From Callorhinchus milii (taxonomy: Eukaryota): a DNA stretch of 64,000 nt. The notes below the pieces were generated by a model, which searched no databases, was not told where the DNA came from, and worked only from the letters and a program-made list of their open reading frames with translations. Position numbers and translations under genes: made by a program. The stretch spans positions 9,488,001-9,552,000 of the forward strand of contig NW_024704743.1 in assembly GCF_018977255.1 (NCBI RefSeq), read 5' to 3'. Shown here in pieces: positions 53,056-64,000 of the stretch (within the stretch, counting starts at the first letter, position 1; every line of letters begins with the position of its first letter).

Positions 53056-53456
53056 GTGTCAACCTGGTTCAGTCAGTAGCACTCTCTCTCTCCTCCAAGT
53101 CATGGGTTCAAGGGCCCCATCAGTACAAACTTTGAACTTAAGATCAAAGATGACACGAATGACAATTCCTGCATTGTCAGATCAAATGTTAAACAGAAGT
53201 CCTGTCCGTTTGTTCAGGTGGATGTTAAAGATCCCATGGCAATATTCAAAAAGAAAGGAATTTTCTCCCCGTGTTCTGGCTAAGAATACTTCCAATAAAA
53301 TTGCTCAGTCAATTAATGGTTGTTCATAGACATGCAAACTTGCTGGTTCAAAATGTTCAAAAAACACAGACACTGCACTTTACAGTGAATCCTGTGAAGC
53401 ACTCCAATTTCTTCCCAAAATGCAAAGACTGATATCAAATGGAAGGAGCATTATTC
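53056..53456 (+). mobile_element. Deu-domain SINE, near full length
   Basis: gtgtcaacctggttcagtcagtagcactc...gggttcaagg...ttcaggtggatgttaaagatcccatggca...tail. Confidence 0.8.
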
Positions 53457-53917
53457 ATCCACTAAGGCAATCCCAATTTCTATTCTTTCTCCATATAATC
53501 CTACTAATGTTTCCTCTTCAAATATTTATGCAATAGTCTTTTAAATTATATTATGATCTCCACCTCAAATAGCCACGTGAGACAAATAATTCCACATTCC
53601 AATAACCCTCTGCATAAAAAGGTTGTTTTTCAGTTCCCTCATTAACTCCTTAACACTAGTGTGTGCACTCCTCAGTGGTAGGTTTCTAATCTACCAAACA
53701 GCAGGAATAATCTCTGCCAATCTTTGGCTCAGTTGGCAACTTCACTACATGGTGTAGGGTCGTAACATGCAAGCCAGTAAGTCTTCTCTGGCTGACTTTG
53801 CTGATCTCTCAATCAGGCATGACTTCAATGACTCTTGTGGTTGAAAAGTTTGCCAACACTCACAGTGAAAGTCTGCATGTTTTCACCACTGACTACAGAA
53901 CCATGCTACTGCTGAGT

Positions 53918-54235
53918 CTTTGCCTCGCAAATGAGGACCTGGGTTTGCTTCCTGGGCAGAGCGAAACTTTGGGCAAGGTTCTTTACTCCACACACCTCTG
54001 TTTACCCAGCAGTAAGGAGGAACCCAGCTGATCGCTTTTCCAGGGGTAATAATTCCTTCAAAATAAATTAAAATAATTTGGTCACTCAATCCACAACTGT
54101 TTGTGGGATACTGATGTGCGCAATTGGCTGCTTGTTTCATCCACAAAATAATCCATTTACTTCACTGTGAAGCGCTTTGAGACTTCTCAAAGAAGAGATA
54201 AGGCACAATAAAATGAAAAGATGATTATTATTATT
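53918..54235 (+). mobile_element. Family A SINE, long form
   Basis: gcctcgcaa...gaaactttgggcaagg...cctctgtttacccagcagtaag...gtgaagcgctttgagac. Confidence 0.85.
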
Positions 54236-54729
54236 TAGCAGTTGATGGGTTAAAACAAGGTGGAGCAAGAGCTGTAGGCAATTGGTAACAGAGGCTCTCT
54301 GCCCGTCAGTTCACACAAAGAGACCATTTATACAGAATCAGTCTTTGCCTCAGTTTGGAAATAGCTTGGGTTGTTCCATTTACCACTATAAACAGGATGC
54401 AAGAGGTTAACCTAAACTACAAACCCCTTCCCAATTACACACAGACGAGGTTGATTCAATTTTTAGAACTTCTTTTAAGCTCTAGTCCACCTACATTGCA
54501 GAATATTCGAAGGAGCACATTAGACAGCATGCCCCGTAATCCCACGAGCACCAGTTGAGAAGAGACATTCAGCAGGTTTACATAAATGGTAATGTTATCA
54601 GCAAGAAATGACACGAGCCTGGAAGCACGAGTGGGATATCTGCGCCAGAGTTCCATGCCAGTTACAGGCCAATGTATATATTAAAGAGAATGGAGCAAAC
54701 CCATTTGATACTAGAGGCAATTCTAGAAT

Positions 54730-55045
54730 ACATTAGAATATACAGCACAGAAACAGGCCATTCAGCCCAACTGGTCTACGCCGGTATTTGTGCTCCACAT
54801 GAGCCTCCTCCTGCCCTTCCTCAACTAAGCCTTCAAGAAATGACAAAGGCCTGGAAGCACGAGTGGGATATCTGTGCCAGAGTTCCATGGGATCGGCCAC
54901 CACATCGCATATCGATTGACATTGGCCTTCCGAGATACAAGATATGCTGTATCCTGGGAATCGCGGATACACTACCCTGTGGTTCTATTCCTTTCTCCAT
55001 CATGTACCTATCTAGCTTCCCCTTAAATACATCTATCCTATTCTG
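54730..55045 (-). mobile_element. CR1 3' tail interrupted by a foreign insert of about 145 bp (about 54829-54973)
   Basis: tacagcacagaaacaggccattcagcccaactggtc...gagcctcctcc, then the insert, then ttctattcctttctcc...ctagcttccccttaaatacatc. Same family as 63540-63750. Confidence 0.8.
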
Positions 55046-55942
55046 CACGCAATGTCATCAGTACCCCAAACTACATGCCGATTCTTACAGTGTGACTGCC
55101 TTTGCTCCTTAGTTCTGCATTTGATACTGGACATCAGCAAGTTGTGTGCAGCACATCCTGATAAAAGTCCACCATAAATTATCCTCAAGCTTGTCACTCC
55201 ATAAGACCTGCAACCTAACATTTAAGTAGGACTCAGGGCCCTGGCCATGTTATTCAGTGCTGTGATTTGGAAATTATGCTTCACCTGAGACAAATTAAAC
55301 TATAGGTTCATCATTTGTCAACCTGCATCATTTCACTGCTTTGATTAATAGCATCAGTTTCAATTGTAGGGCATTAAACAGCTCCAATTGTGGATGCACA
55401 ATCATTGCCTGATGTTGGTGGGATACTGCAGGAACATAAATGAAGAGACACCATTTTTTACTCTGACATTAAAGGACAAAGCATTGCTATTTTGGGAAAA
55501 TTTATTCCAATAAAATTTGCTTTCAGAAAACAAGAGGTGAAAGGGAAGAATAACACATGAGTGAGAACTACACTTGATGAGTGGAAATAAACCTTGGAAA
55601 ATTATATTGGAAGCTTCAGCAATAAAAAAAAGCACAGACTGCACACAGTCTGGACTGAGCTGTTTTGGGGAGTATTTTCCGTTTCCATTCATTACTATGG
55701 GATGAACAGTAAGAACATTGACAAAAACAAAAATAGAACAAAACGATCTAGAAACTAAAATTGACAGACTTGACGCAACTCAGCAAATACATTCAGGGCA
55801 CTAAATTGCAGGACAACTGCTCGTTTCCTGACTGCTCCACTGCCATTCACTCGTTCATCAACAGACTGGAAACTATTTTACTGCATAAATGTTCCACCAA
55901 AGGACACACAAAAAGCACTTTGCTGCATATATGATGCAATAC

Positions 55943-56320
55943 AATAATAATGCTTGCATTTTGATATAGCGCCTTATCAAGTCAGCGAGACATCTCAAAG
56001 CGCTTCAAGGATTTACTGTAAAGTGTAGCGACTGCGTATTTTGTAGGTGAACACGGCAGTCAATACGTGCACAGCAATGTCTTACAAACAGCCATAAAGT
56101 GAATGACCTTTTTTATCCTGGGAATTGTTAGCCCGAAATAGTACCATGGGATCTTTAACATCCACTTGAACAGCCGGGACCTTGGCTTAACGTCTTAAAG
56201 GAAGGTACCTCTGCATTGGAGTGTCAGCCTGGACTATGAACTCAAAGGCCTGACCAAGGGCTTGAACCCACAAACCATTTGATTCAGAGGTGAGAGTGAT
56301 ACCAACAGAGCCAGGCTGAC
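55943..56320 (-). mobile_element. Deu-domain SINE, full length
   Basis: Head gtcagcctggctctgttggtatcactctcacctctgaatc...gggttcaagccc, Deu core, tail. Confidence 0.88.
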
Positions 56321-56937
56321 TGTACAAAAAATATATATAACTGAAACCTATCGATCAGACCAGTCACACTCCCACCTTACTAAATGTACCGTCGCTGTCT
56401 TAAGAAATTATGAAGACTTCATATGAATGCTTAAAATGCCAACCAAAATGTCAATGTATGTAAAAACTTCTTAATGTTTCTGGCAAAGAAAGCTGCTGCC
56501 CCCACCCCAAGACCTTTATTCAGGACTGCAATTGATCAGATTCTGCCGCATTCCCCTCTGCTGTTTACTGTCCTGAGGCTGACAAAAACAGACTGCATAT
56601 TTCACACAATGTACAAAAGAATAAGACGGTCCTGTGGAAGTTAACTGCAACGATCGTTATTTTCAAAGTGAAACATATTGCTCATTTTGTCTGCTGGTAA
56701 TGACAGGACTATAACTCAATAGAACCAAACCCTGCACATCATATTCTGTGTGTATTTGTGATTTACAGATCACAACTAAGGCGATAATCTATTAATTCAC
56801 ATGTTTTAACTTTGTAGATTCTTCACGATACGAACGGCTCCCCATTCAAAAATATATATAGAATTACAGTTAAATTGATATCTCTACATGCAGCAGCTTT
56901 TGTTTGCTTTGAGAATGATGCCCTTAAACAGCACTTT

Positions 56938-57540
56938 TACAACAACAACAAAATTACATTTATAGAGCCCCTTTCACGTTGGGAGGATTTCCCAAAGCGC
57001 TGAACAGTCAGGTGTCGGGGCCCACGCATGGGGGAGGGGTGGTGTAGGGTGGAGGGAAGGCAGAGAGGTGGGAGGGAGACCAAAGGCACGGTCGAAGAAA
57101 AAGGTCTTGAGACCGACCTTGAAGGAGGCAAGGGAGGAAGCGATGCGAAGGGACCATGGGATGGAGTTCCGGAATGTGGGGGCAGAGAGGCTGAAAGCCC
57201 GGCCACCGATGGTAGGGCGGGAGACATGGAGCAGGCCAGAGCCTGATGAACGGAGGGAGCGGGCAGGCTCATAGGGAGTCAGCAGGTCAGAGAGGTAGGA
57301 GGGGGCAAGGCCATGGATGGCCTTAAAGGTGAGGACAAGGATCTTGAATGTGATTCTCTGGGGGATGGGGAGCCAGTGGAGTCGGGGGAGGGTGTGAGTG
57401 ATGGGGTCACAGAGCCTGGTGCGTGAGAGTACACAAGTTGCAGAGTTTTGGATGATCTGCAGTTTGTGAAGGGGGAGTTGGGAAAGCCGATGAGGAGGGA
57501 ATTCCCGTAATCAAGCCTTGAGGTGATGAATGCATGGGTG
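56938..57540 (-). mobile_element. L2 LINE 3' part
   Basis: Closely similar to 25022-25640, including the (ttg)n tail. Confidence 0.9.
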
Positions 57541-57597
57541 GGAGGGAGACCAAATAACCTTCATATATATGGCTAGCAAAGCCAAATGTTTTTGTAA

Positions 57598-58297
57598 ATA
57601 ATAATCCTTGCAAGTGCAAGATGTATCAAACCTTTCTTCTGACAATATATTTTTGCAGACAACTGTGGCAGCCAATTTGTATTTAGCAACGTCCCAAACA
57701 ATTAAAGTGAGTGACCAATTTTATTTAGGAGATTATTGATCAGGTCACTTTGATCAAGACAAAACTCTCCTCTTTTTTGAATAGTGCCAAGGGATCTAAT
57801 GGCCACCTGAACAGACAATAATAATTTGCATTTATATGGCACCCCTCACCAGAGCAGCGTACCAGAGCGCTTGACAGTGGCAGAGCACAACTCTGAGCCT
57901 GTAGGAGGGGGATGTGACTGTAAGCACGGTCAAATAGGAAAGCATTCTGGCGTGACCTGAAGATGGGGAAGGAAGGGGCAAGGCAGAGGGATAGAGAAAG
58001 AGTATTTTGGCTTCGTGGCTGAAAGCACGCCCATCAATGGAGGAATGTAGAGCACGAGAGACACGCAGAAAGCCAGAGCCAGTGGATGTGGGTTGGGGGG
58101 TAAACAGACAGACAGAACCTTGGTTTAAAGTCTCATCTGAAGGAAGATCCTCCAGTTAAGTAGTAAACCCCTTCCCCCAAGCATGGCACTGGAATTTCTG
58201 ACTGCCTAGATGGTGAGTTCAAAGGCCCAACATGGGACTTGAACCGACAACCATGTAACTCATATGGGAAAGTACTACCAACTGAACCTGGCCAACA
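57598..58297 (-). mobile_element. Deu-domain SINE split by a nested L2 3' end (about 57817-58105)
   Basis: The SINE stops at cacctgaacagac and resumes at cagacagaaccttggtttaaagtctcatctgaa. The middle resembles 20645-21010. Confidence 0.8.
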
Positions 58298-58452
58298 CCT
58301 AACATTATCGAAATGATTCACCAAGGCCCCAATCAAGGACTAATTTAAAGGAGATTATTGAATTTACCCCCGTAATTTGTATCAGTTGAAGAAAACTTCT
58401 TCTAAGGCCAGAAGACAAAGGTCTTGGTATTTAAAGGATATGCATTTTCATG

Positions 58453-58840
58453 GTCAGTCTGGCTCAGTGGTAGTTCAAGCCCCACGATGGGACATAGAAA
58501 CGCGGTTGAATATGTTGCTCCAATACAATGCTGTTGCACTGTTGGAGATGCCATCCTTTGGACTGAGATCCCATGTCCTATAAGGTCCCACCCTGTTAAG
58601 GTGAACATTAAAGATCCTATTCAAAAAGAGAAAGGAGTTTCTCCCAGTGTCCTAGCCATCAAATCCCCAAAATAAAATTGGTCAATCAGTCCATGGCTGT
58701 TTATGGGACAATGCTGTGCGTAAACTGGCTGCCACAATTCTCCCACAAAATAGTCTATCCATTTTACAGTATATCCTATGAAATGTTTTGAGACATCTCG
58801 ACAACAAAAGGAGCTATATCAAATGCAAGGATTTTTATTT
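58453..58840 (+). mobile_element. Deu-domain SINE, near full length
   Basis: gtcagtctggctcagtggtag...gttcaagcccc...ggtgaacattaaagatcc...gctatatcaaatgcaagg. Confidence 0.85.
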
Positions 58841-59019
58841 TCCGTATTGCTTTTTTTAAAAAAAAGTCAGCTATTACTTACAAGAAATGAAGTTCCTTTT
58901 TTTAATAAAATGATCGTAGGTCCCCAATGTGTGAAGGTATATTAAAGCTGTCAGTTCTTGTTCTCTTCAAATATTCTTTCCTCGTTTTGAAGCATCTCGT
59001 CAGCAGAGATCAGTAACTT

Positions 59020-59420
59020 ACAAAGTTACACTTATTATAGCACCTTTCACATCTGGAAGATATCCAAAGGCACCTGACAGTCCAACCTTGGCACCCAAAC
59101 TAGGATTGGAAGCTAAGGAACGTAGGGCAAGGGGAGAAGGATGATCAAAGGTGCAGTCTGAGGTGAGGAAGGAACTGCGGGCTCGAGTTCCTAAGAGTGG
59201 GGGAAAATCAGGTGAAAAATCAATCGCCATGGTGGAGAAGGTAGGGCAGCGGACATGGAGTAGGTCTCAGAGGTAGGGTCAGGCAAGGCCACGGAGGGAT
59301 TTAAATATGAGGATCTTGAACTCGATCTGTTAGGGTACAGGGAACCAATAGAATTGGTCAATGATGGGAGATGATTTGGGTATCGTTGGCCCAAGGGGAG
59401 AGGTCGTGGCAGCGGCAGAC
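59020..59420 (-). mobile_element. L2 LINE 3' fragment, diverged
   Basis: tatagcacctttcacatctggaaga...ggatcttgaactcgatc...gaaccaatagaattgg. Confidence 0.7.
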
Positions 59421-60044
59421 AATATTATGGCATTCCAGCACTTCATGCCATGTCACAATGCATTAATGCAGCACATAATAGTAAAGAGCAGGAGTCAAAA
59501 TGACTTCAACATTCAACCCTCAAGACAGTTGTGTTCAGCCCTACAGTTGGGTTGCAGGGAAGTCAAAATATCAATTCTATTTAAATGTTAAGCATATAAT
59601 GCAGTTGTAATGGAGATGACACTTGGGAAAGCAAATGCAATACATTGAAAGGTTTCAGTCAATTTACGAGATTTATACTCATGTTTTATAATGATCGAAA
59701 ACACTGCAGGTCATTTTGTGCTCTGGATAAAGTGGAGATTGAATACATGTCAAAAATGTTGCACAGATTTAAGACTGCAGAATAGCCCAACTGAATTTCC
59801 ACAGCTAATCTATAAGGAAACAAAAATACCTTTTAAACATACTTTGGATTTGTCCCAATGGGCAAAGCGCAGTCGGTGACATAGAACTGAGCCACACAGA
59901 GCGGAAAAAGTCCTCGGGTGGGGGTGTGGGGGATGAAATAGAGGAGGTATGAACCTGCTGATTTTCAGTCAAAGAAAATCTATTGACCACAAATTCTTCG
60001 AGAGTGGTGGGAGAGAGAGAAAAGAATATCGGGCTATCTATAAC

Positions 60045-60310
60045 ATTTTTTGCATTTGATATACAGTAGGACCTTATCACATCACTGAGATGTCTCAAAG
60101 CATTTCACACCATTTTTACTGTGAAGGGCGATGACTGTATTTGTAGGCAAACGCAACAATTAATTTGGGATCAGTGTCCCATAATCACGAAGTGAATGAG
60201 CAATTTAATTTGAGAGATTATTGGCCAGGACATCGGGAGAAACTCTCTTCTCTTTTTTAATAGTAGTGATTTTTAACATACACTTGAACAGACAGATGGG
60301 ACATCGGTTT
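60045..60310 (-). mobile_element. Deu-domain SINE, 3' part
   Basis: ttgcatttgatata...gatgtctcaaagcatttcac...ttggccaggacatcgggagaaactc. Confidence 0.75.
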
Positions 60311-60560
60311 CCTCTTCATAAAGAGGAATGCTTCATCAAGCTGTGGTTTATTTTTGTTCCAAAGGAAGCATCTTTAAATTTATATTAAAAAAACGCTCGC
60401 TCTGTCAGCCACTCTTCGCACTCTTCCCCTTCTTTGCTGCAGAGCCTGTATGATTGGAACAATGGTTGTGGAGGCAATGCAGATTTGTACCAGATGTGTA
60501 CTTTTCAGTAAATTGCATTTTCAAGCATCATGAGAAACCTCTGTGTGAAGACAGTACATT

Positions 60561-61103
60561 GAGACACCCGGGTTCAATTCCAGGCAGGGCGAAACCTTGG
60601 GCAAGTTTCCTTACTCCACACGCCTAATAATAATCCCTCCAAAACAAAACAATAATAAATTGGTCATTTTCAATCCATGACTGTTTGTGGGACACTGCTG
60701 TGCGGAATTGGCTGCCGTGTTTCCCCCACAAATATACAGTCAATTCACTTTACAGTATATTCTGTGAAGCGCTTTGAGACGTTTAGAAGACGTCAAAAGT
60801 GCTATATCAAATGCAAGTATTGTTATTATTATTATTGAGTGCACTGAGCTTTTCAACCATTGCTTTTGGTCATACATTTTTCTTTCGCAAGACTCTTCTT
60901 TCACTTCAGTAAGGTTTCCAAGTAATTCCTTCAAAATAATATAATAATATGGTCACTTCAATCCACGACTGTTTGTGGAACACTGCTGTGCGCAATTGGC
61001 AGATGCATTTCGCCCACAAAATATAGTCAATTCACTTTACTGTATATTCTGTAAAGTGCTTTGAGACACCTTGAAGATGTAATAAGGTGCTATATCAAAT
61101 CCA
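60561..61103 (+). mobile_element. Family A short SINE (60561-60836) followed by a second SINE 3' half (about 60905-61103)
   Basis: Both match the 22563 copy and end in (att)n. Confidence 0.88.
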
Positions 61104-63194
61104 AGGATTATTTTTATTATTATAACTGCTGATATGAATTAATTATTTAACGATAGATATTATTCTCCTTTATCAGCCTTTGAATCATACCTTCCAATTT
61201 CAACAACAATTTGATTAGCAACTTTCATGATCCAAGGTGCTGAATTTTCCAAACGCTACCATAATGATTCAAAAACTCAACCTCTTAGTCACAAAAAGAC
61301 TCAAGAAAAGTCTGAAAAGCAATGTTTGGGCTAAAATGACCATAGATAATAAATAATAATAAAAATGCTTGTATTTAATATTGTGCCTTATCACGTCGCC
61401 AAAATATCTCAAAAAGCTGTTCACAGGAATTTCCTGTGGTGCAGGGACTGTGTATTTGCAGGCAAACACAGCAGTCAATCTGCATCCAGAAAATGTCCCA
61501 CAAACAGCAATGAAGTGAATTAAGGTTTTCAGTTCAACATTCTTAACCAAACCCTCCCCCTCGTGCCAACATACTTTATATTAAGATGAAAAGCGCTGCT
61601 CGATGCTGCCCCGCGTGAACGGTGCTATACAACTGCAAATTGTTGTTAGAAACACTGCCCAAGCGAAGGGTCCACTGCCAACTGAGTGTGCCTGCCTTCA
61701 ATTATAAAGCAATCTCAGTACCACAGAGCAACAAGCAGCCAAGCAAATGTGACATTCAGAACTGAAATGATGAAAATTAAACCACAAATTGGTGGGAAAG
61801 TATAATCAAATTGTCATTGAGGGAAAATTTGCACTTTATAAAAAAAGAAACCACACCAGAAAGATCATCGGGGTTTGTGTCAAATCTGATATCACCATCT
61901 CTGCCTACTTACTACCTGTTTGAAATGAAAATGCAAGAGGTAGAGGATTCAATCATAAGTAATGATGATAATGGTTCCATTTGTTACAGTGCCTTCATGT
62001 CAGGAGGACATCTCAAAGCGCTTTGCAGGATTTACTGTAGTGACTGTATTTTGTAGGTAAACGCAGCAGCCAATTTGTACACAGCCATGTCCCACAAATA
62101 ATCGTGAAAGTGAATTGTCAATTTTATCTGGGAGACTGTTGGAGGTTTAACTTTGAGTGTCTGAGCCAGCCTTTTCACTCAGACAGGCAGGAATCCCACT
62201 GTTGGTCCAATTGGCAGGCTGTTCTATCAGCATTCAATGGTTGCCAAATGTGCTTTTTTAACTTGTTCACGTCAGCTTTGCTCACTGAGAAACATTTGCC
62301 AAAGATTTGGATCGCATTAAAAGGCTGGCAGACGATACAAAATCGTCTGCTGCTCCTGTGGCGAGGCCAGATATTCACACAGATCCAGCTGGGAGGTTTG
62401 GATTCACATTTTACAGCTCTACGAGGGATAATGGATTTCTGACTGTTTCTGCCGATCTGAAGGTTCTGCAAGTATGCAATCCAATTTCCCTCACTGCAAC
62501 TACATCAAAAGTTTTTTTTTGCAGGTTCAGCGAGGCTTGGGTAGATTTTTTCACCCTCTGTTTACATTTGACTCTGCTCCTACGTGAGGAAGTATTGCCA
62601 TGACTTTAGAAATCCACTTAATATGAATTCAAAGCAATCGAATTACACGGCCTTTTGGCACCTGCTAAACATCATCATCAAGGCCAGACTGCCAACCAGC
62701 CACTTGAAAGAGCTTTCTGATTGTGTAATACACGCAGGTGCTGTGTTCATGTACTCTGGACTAATGGAGAAAGTCAGCTTTGCAACTGGTTGAGACACTG
62801 GCCGCACCCAGGCATCCACCTCATCCCACTTGTTTGTTTTAATGACATTGCTTCCTGTCCGTCAAGATATCGACGACCACACATTCTTGAGGAATTAAGC
62901 TCTTGAGGTTATAATGTAAACATTCTTAGGAAACCACTGAATCTCAGGCTAGCAAATGCATCACAATAACCATATAAAGTTGAAACAGCAACAACTTGCA
63001 TTCGGATTGCACCTTTCACAAAGGCACCATGAGTGGATTAGAAGTTCACAAGATATCAAAATGTATGAATGAGGCAACATATTCTAACCACAGAAAACAC
63101 TATGTTGTGTAGTATAAAGCAGAGTCCAGCAAATACTGTCAAAATGATTTAGTAGCACAAAAGGATCTGTTTATATATGTTCATAGAACTCTGT

Positions 63195-63495
63195 GACAAA
63201 GCCCTCCACAGCCTTGTTCCTTCCTACTTCTGTGACCTTCTAACCCCCTACCAACCTGACCGCACCCTCCACTCAGCGGGCTCTGGTCTGCTTATTCTCC
63301 CCCGCCTTGCCTGCCTCATCACTGGCAGGCGGGCCTTCAGCATCTCTGGCCCCACCCTCTGGAATTCCATCCAACAGTCCCTCCGCCTCACCCCCTCCAA
63401 TCAAGGGCTTCCTCTTCAACCATGCCTTCGGTCACCCTCCTACCCCTGACCTAAAAGGCCCTGAAAAGTAATTCCTTCTTGTTGTCGTTGTTGTT
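63195..63495 (+). mobile_element. L2 LINE 3' end
   Basis: KALHSLVPSYFCDLL...RTLHSAGSGLL...GRRAFS...LWNSI; (ttg)n tail. Confidence 0.85.
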
Positions 63496-63539
63496 GATCA
63501 GTTTCTAAAAGGGAGCTCTCATGGACAGATTTAGCAGGA

Positions 63540-63750
63540 ACTTCTTCACTTAAGAGGGTGGTGAGAATGTACAAGTCACTGCCAGTAGTTGGGGTTGAAG
63601 CAAATGGTATATCAATGTATTTAAGGGAAAGTTTGATGCTTACACGAGAAAGAATATTTGGTGTGGGGCCTCATGTGGAGTTCAAACACCAGCACTGACC
63701 AGCTGTCGGAAATGGCTCATTTCCGTGCAGTGTACTCTACCTAACTATGT
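63540..63750 (+). mobile_element. CR1 3' end, diverged
   Basis: agagggtggtgagaatgt...tatttaagggaaagtttgat...catgtggagttcaaacaccagcactgaccag. Confidence 0.7.
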
Positions 63751-64000
63751 GGCATTCCAAGCCCTAGATTTGACATAAAGTGAAATAAGGATGAAAGAGT
63801 AGAAAGATAATGCCAGAGAAGACTAAACACAGTGTGAGTTTTTTTTATAAAAAAGACCGATGATGGAGGGAGAATTCTGCATCTGCTTAATGGATGGAGG
63901 ACAAGCCAAAATGTAATTTTAGTTTAAAAAAAATTCATGCAAGATGCCCTTCGGTTGCCATTTAGGTCTTGCACAAAATTCAAACAACTAAAAATACATG

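Larger units (their letters stand above)
149..64000 (-). other. PARD3: Probable intron 1 of PARD3 (exon 1 lies beyond the right edge)
   Basis: Lies upstream of the exon-2 acceptor on the minus strand. I did not see the exon-1 peptide (MKVTVCFGRTRVVVPCG-like) in the window. The region is repeat-rich and non-coding. Confidence 0.8.

Noticed and set aside
62104..62603. Nested protein-coding gene from three overlapping ORFs of about 100 aa
   Set aside because: No recognisable domain or splice structure, and non-ATG starts. Treated as a non-coding candidate instead.

Overview
Vertebrate genomic DNA, most likely from a cartilaginous fish and possibly a holocephalan (inferred from the repeat families, not proven). 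The only host coding sequence I can support is a 102-bp minus-strand exon at 47-148 ([34 protein letters not shown], canonical AG/GT). It matches exon 2 of the polarity gene PARD3 and is too short for the ORF track. The rest (149-64000) is therefore probably intron 1, transcribed on the minus strand. It is dense with retroelements: two large CR1 LINE pieces in opposite orientation, many L2 LINE fragments, an older Deu-domain tRNA-SINE, a younger modular tRNA-SINE (long and short forms), AmnSINE2-like relics and a Penelope-like fragment. Most track ORFs are repeat-derived or chance frames. I found no evidence of a new multi-gene system. The best leads are a minimal hammerhead-ribozyme motif on the host-sense strand, two short local duplications inserted into retroelements, a coding-like 340-bp insert inside an L2, SINE/LINE chimeras, and a strong antisense bias of the young SINE. 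Repeat boundaries are approximate (roughly +/-10-30 bp). Family names come from recalled consensus motifs, not database searches.
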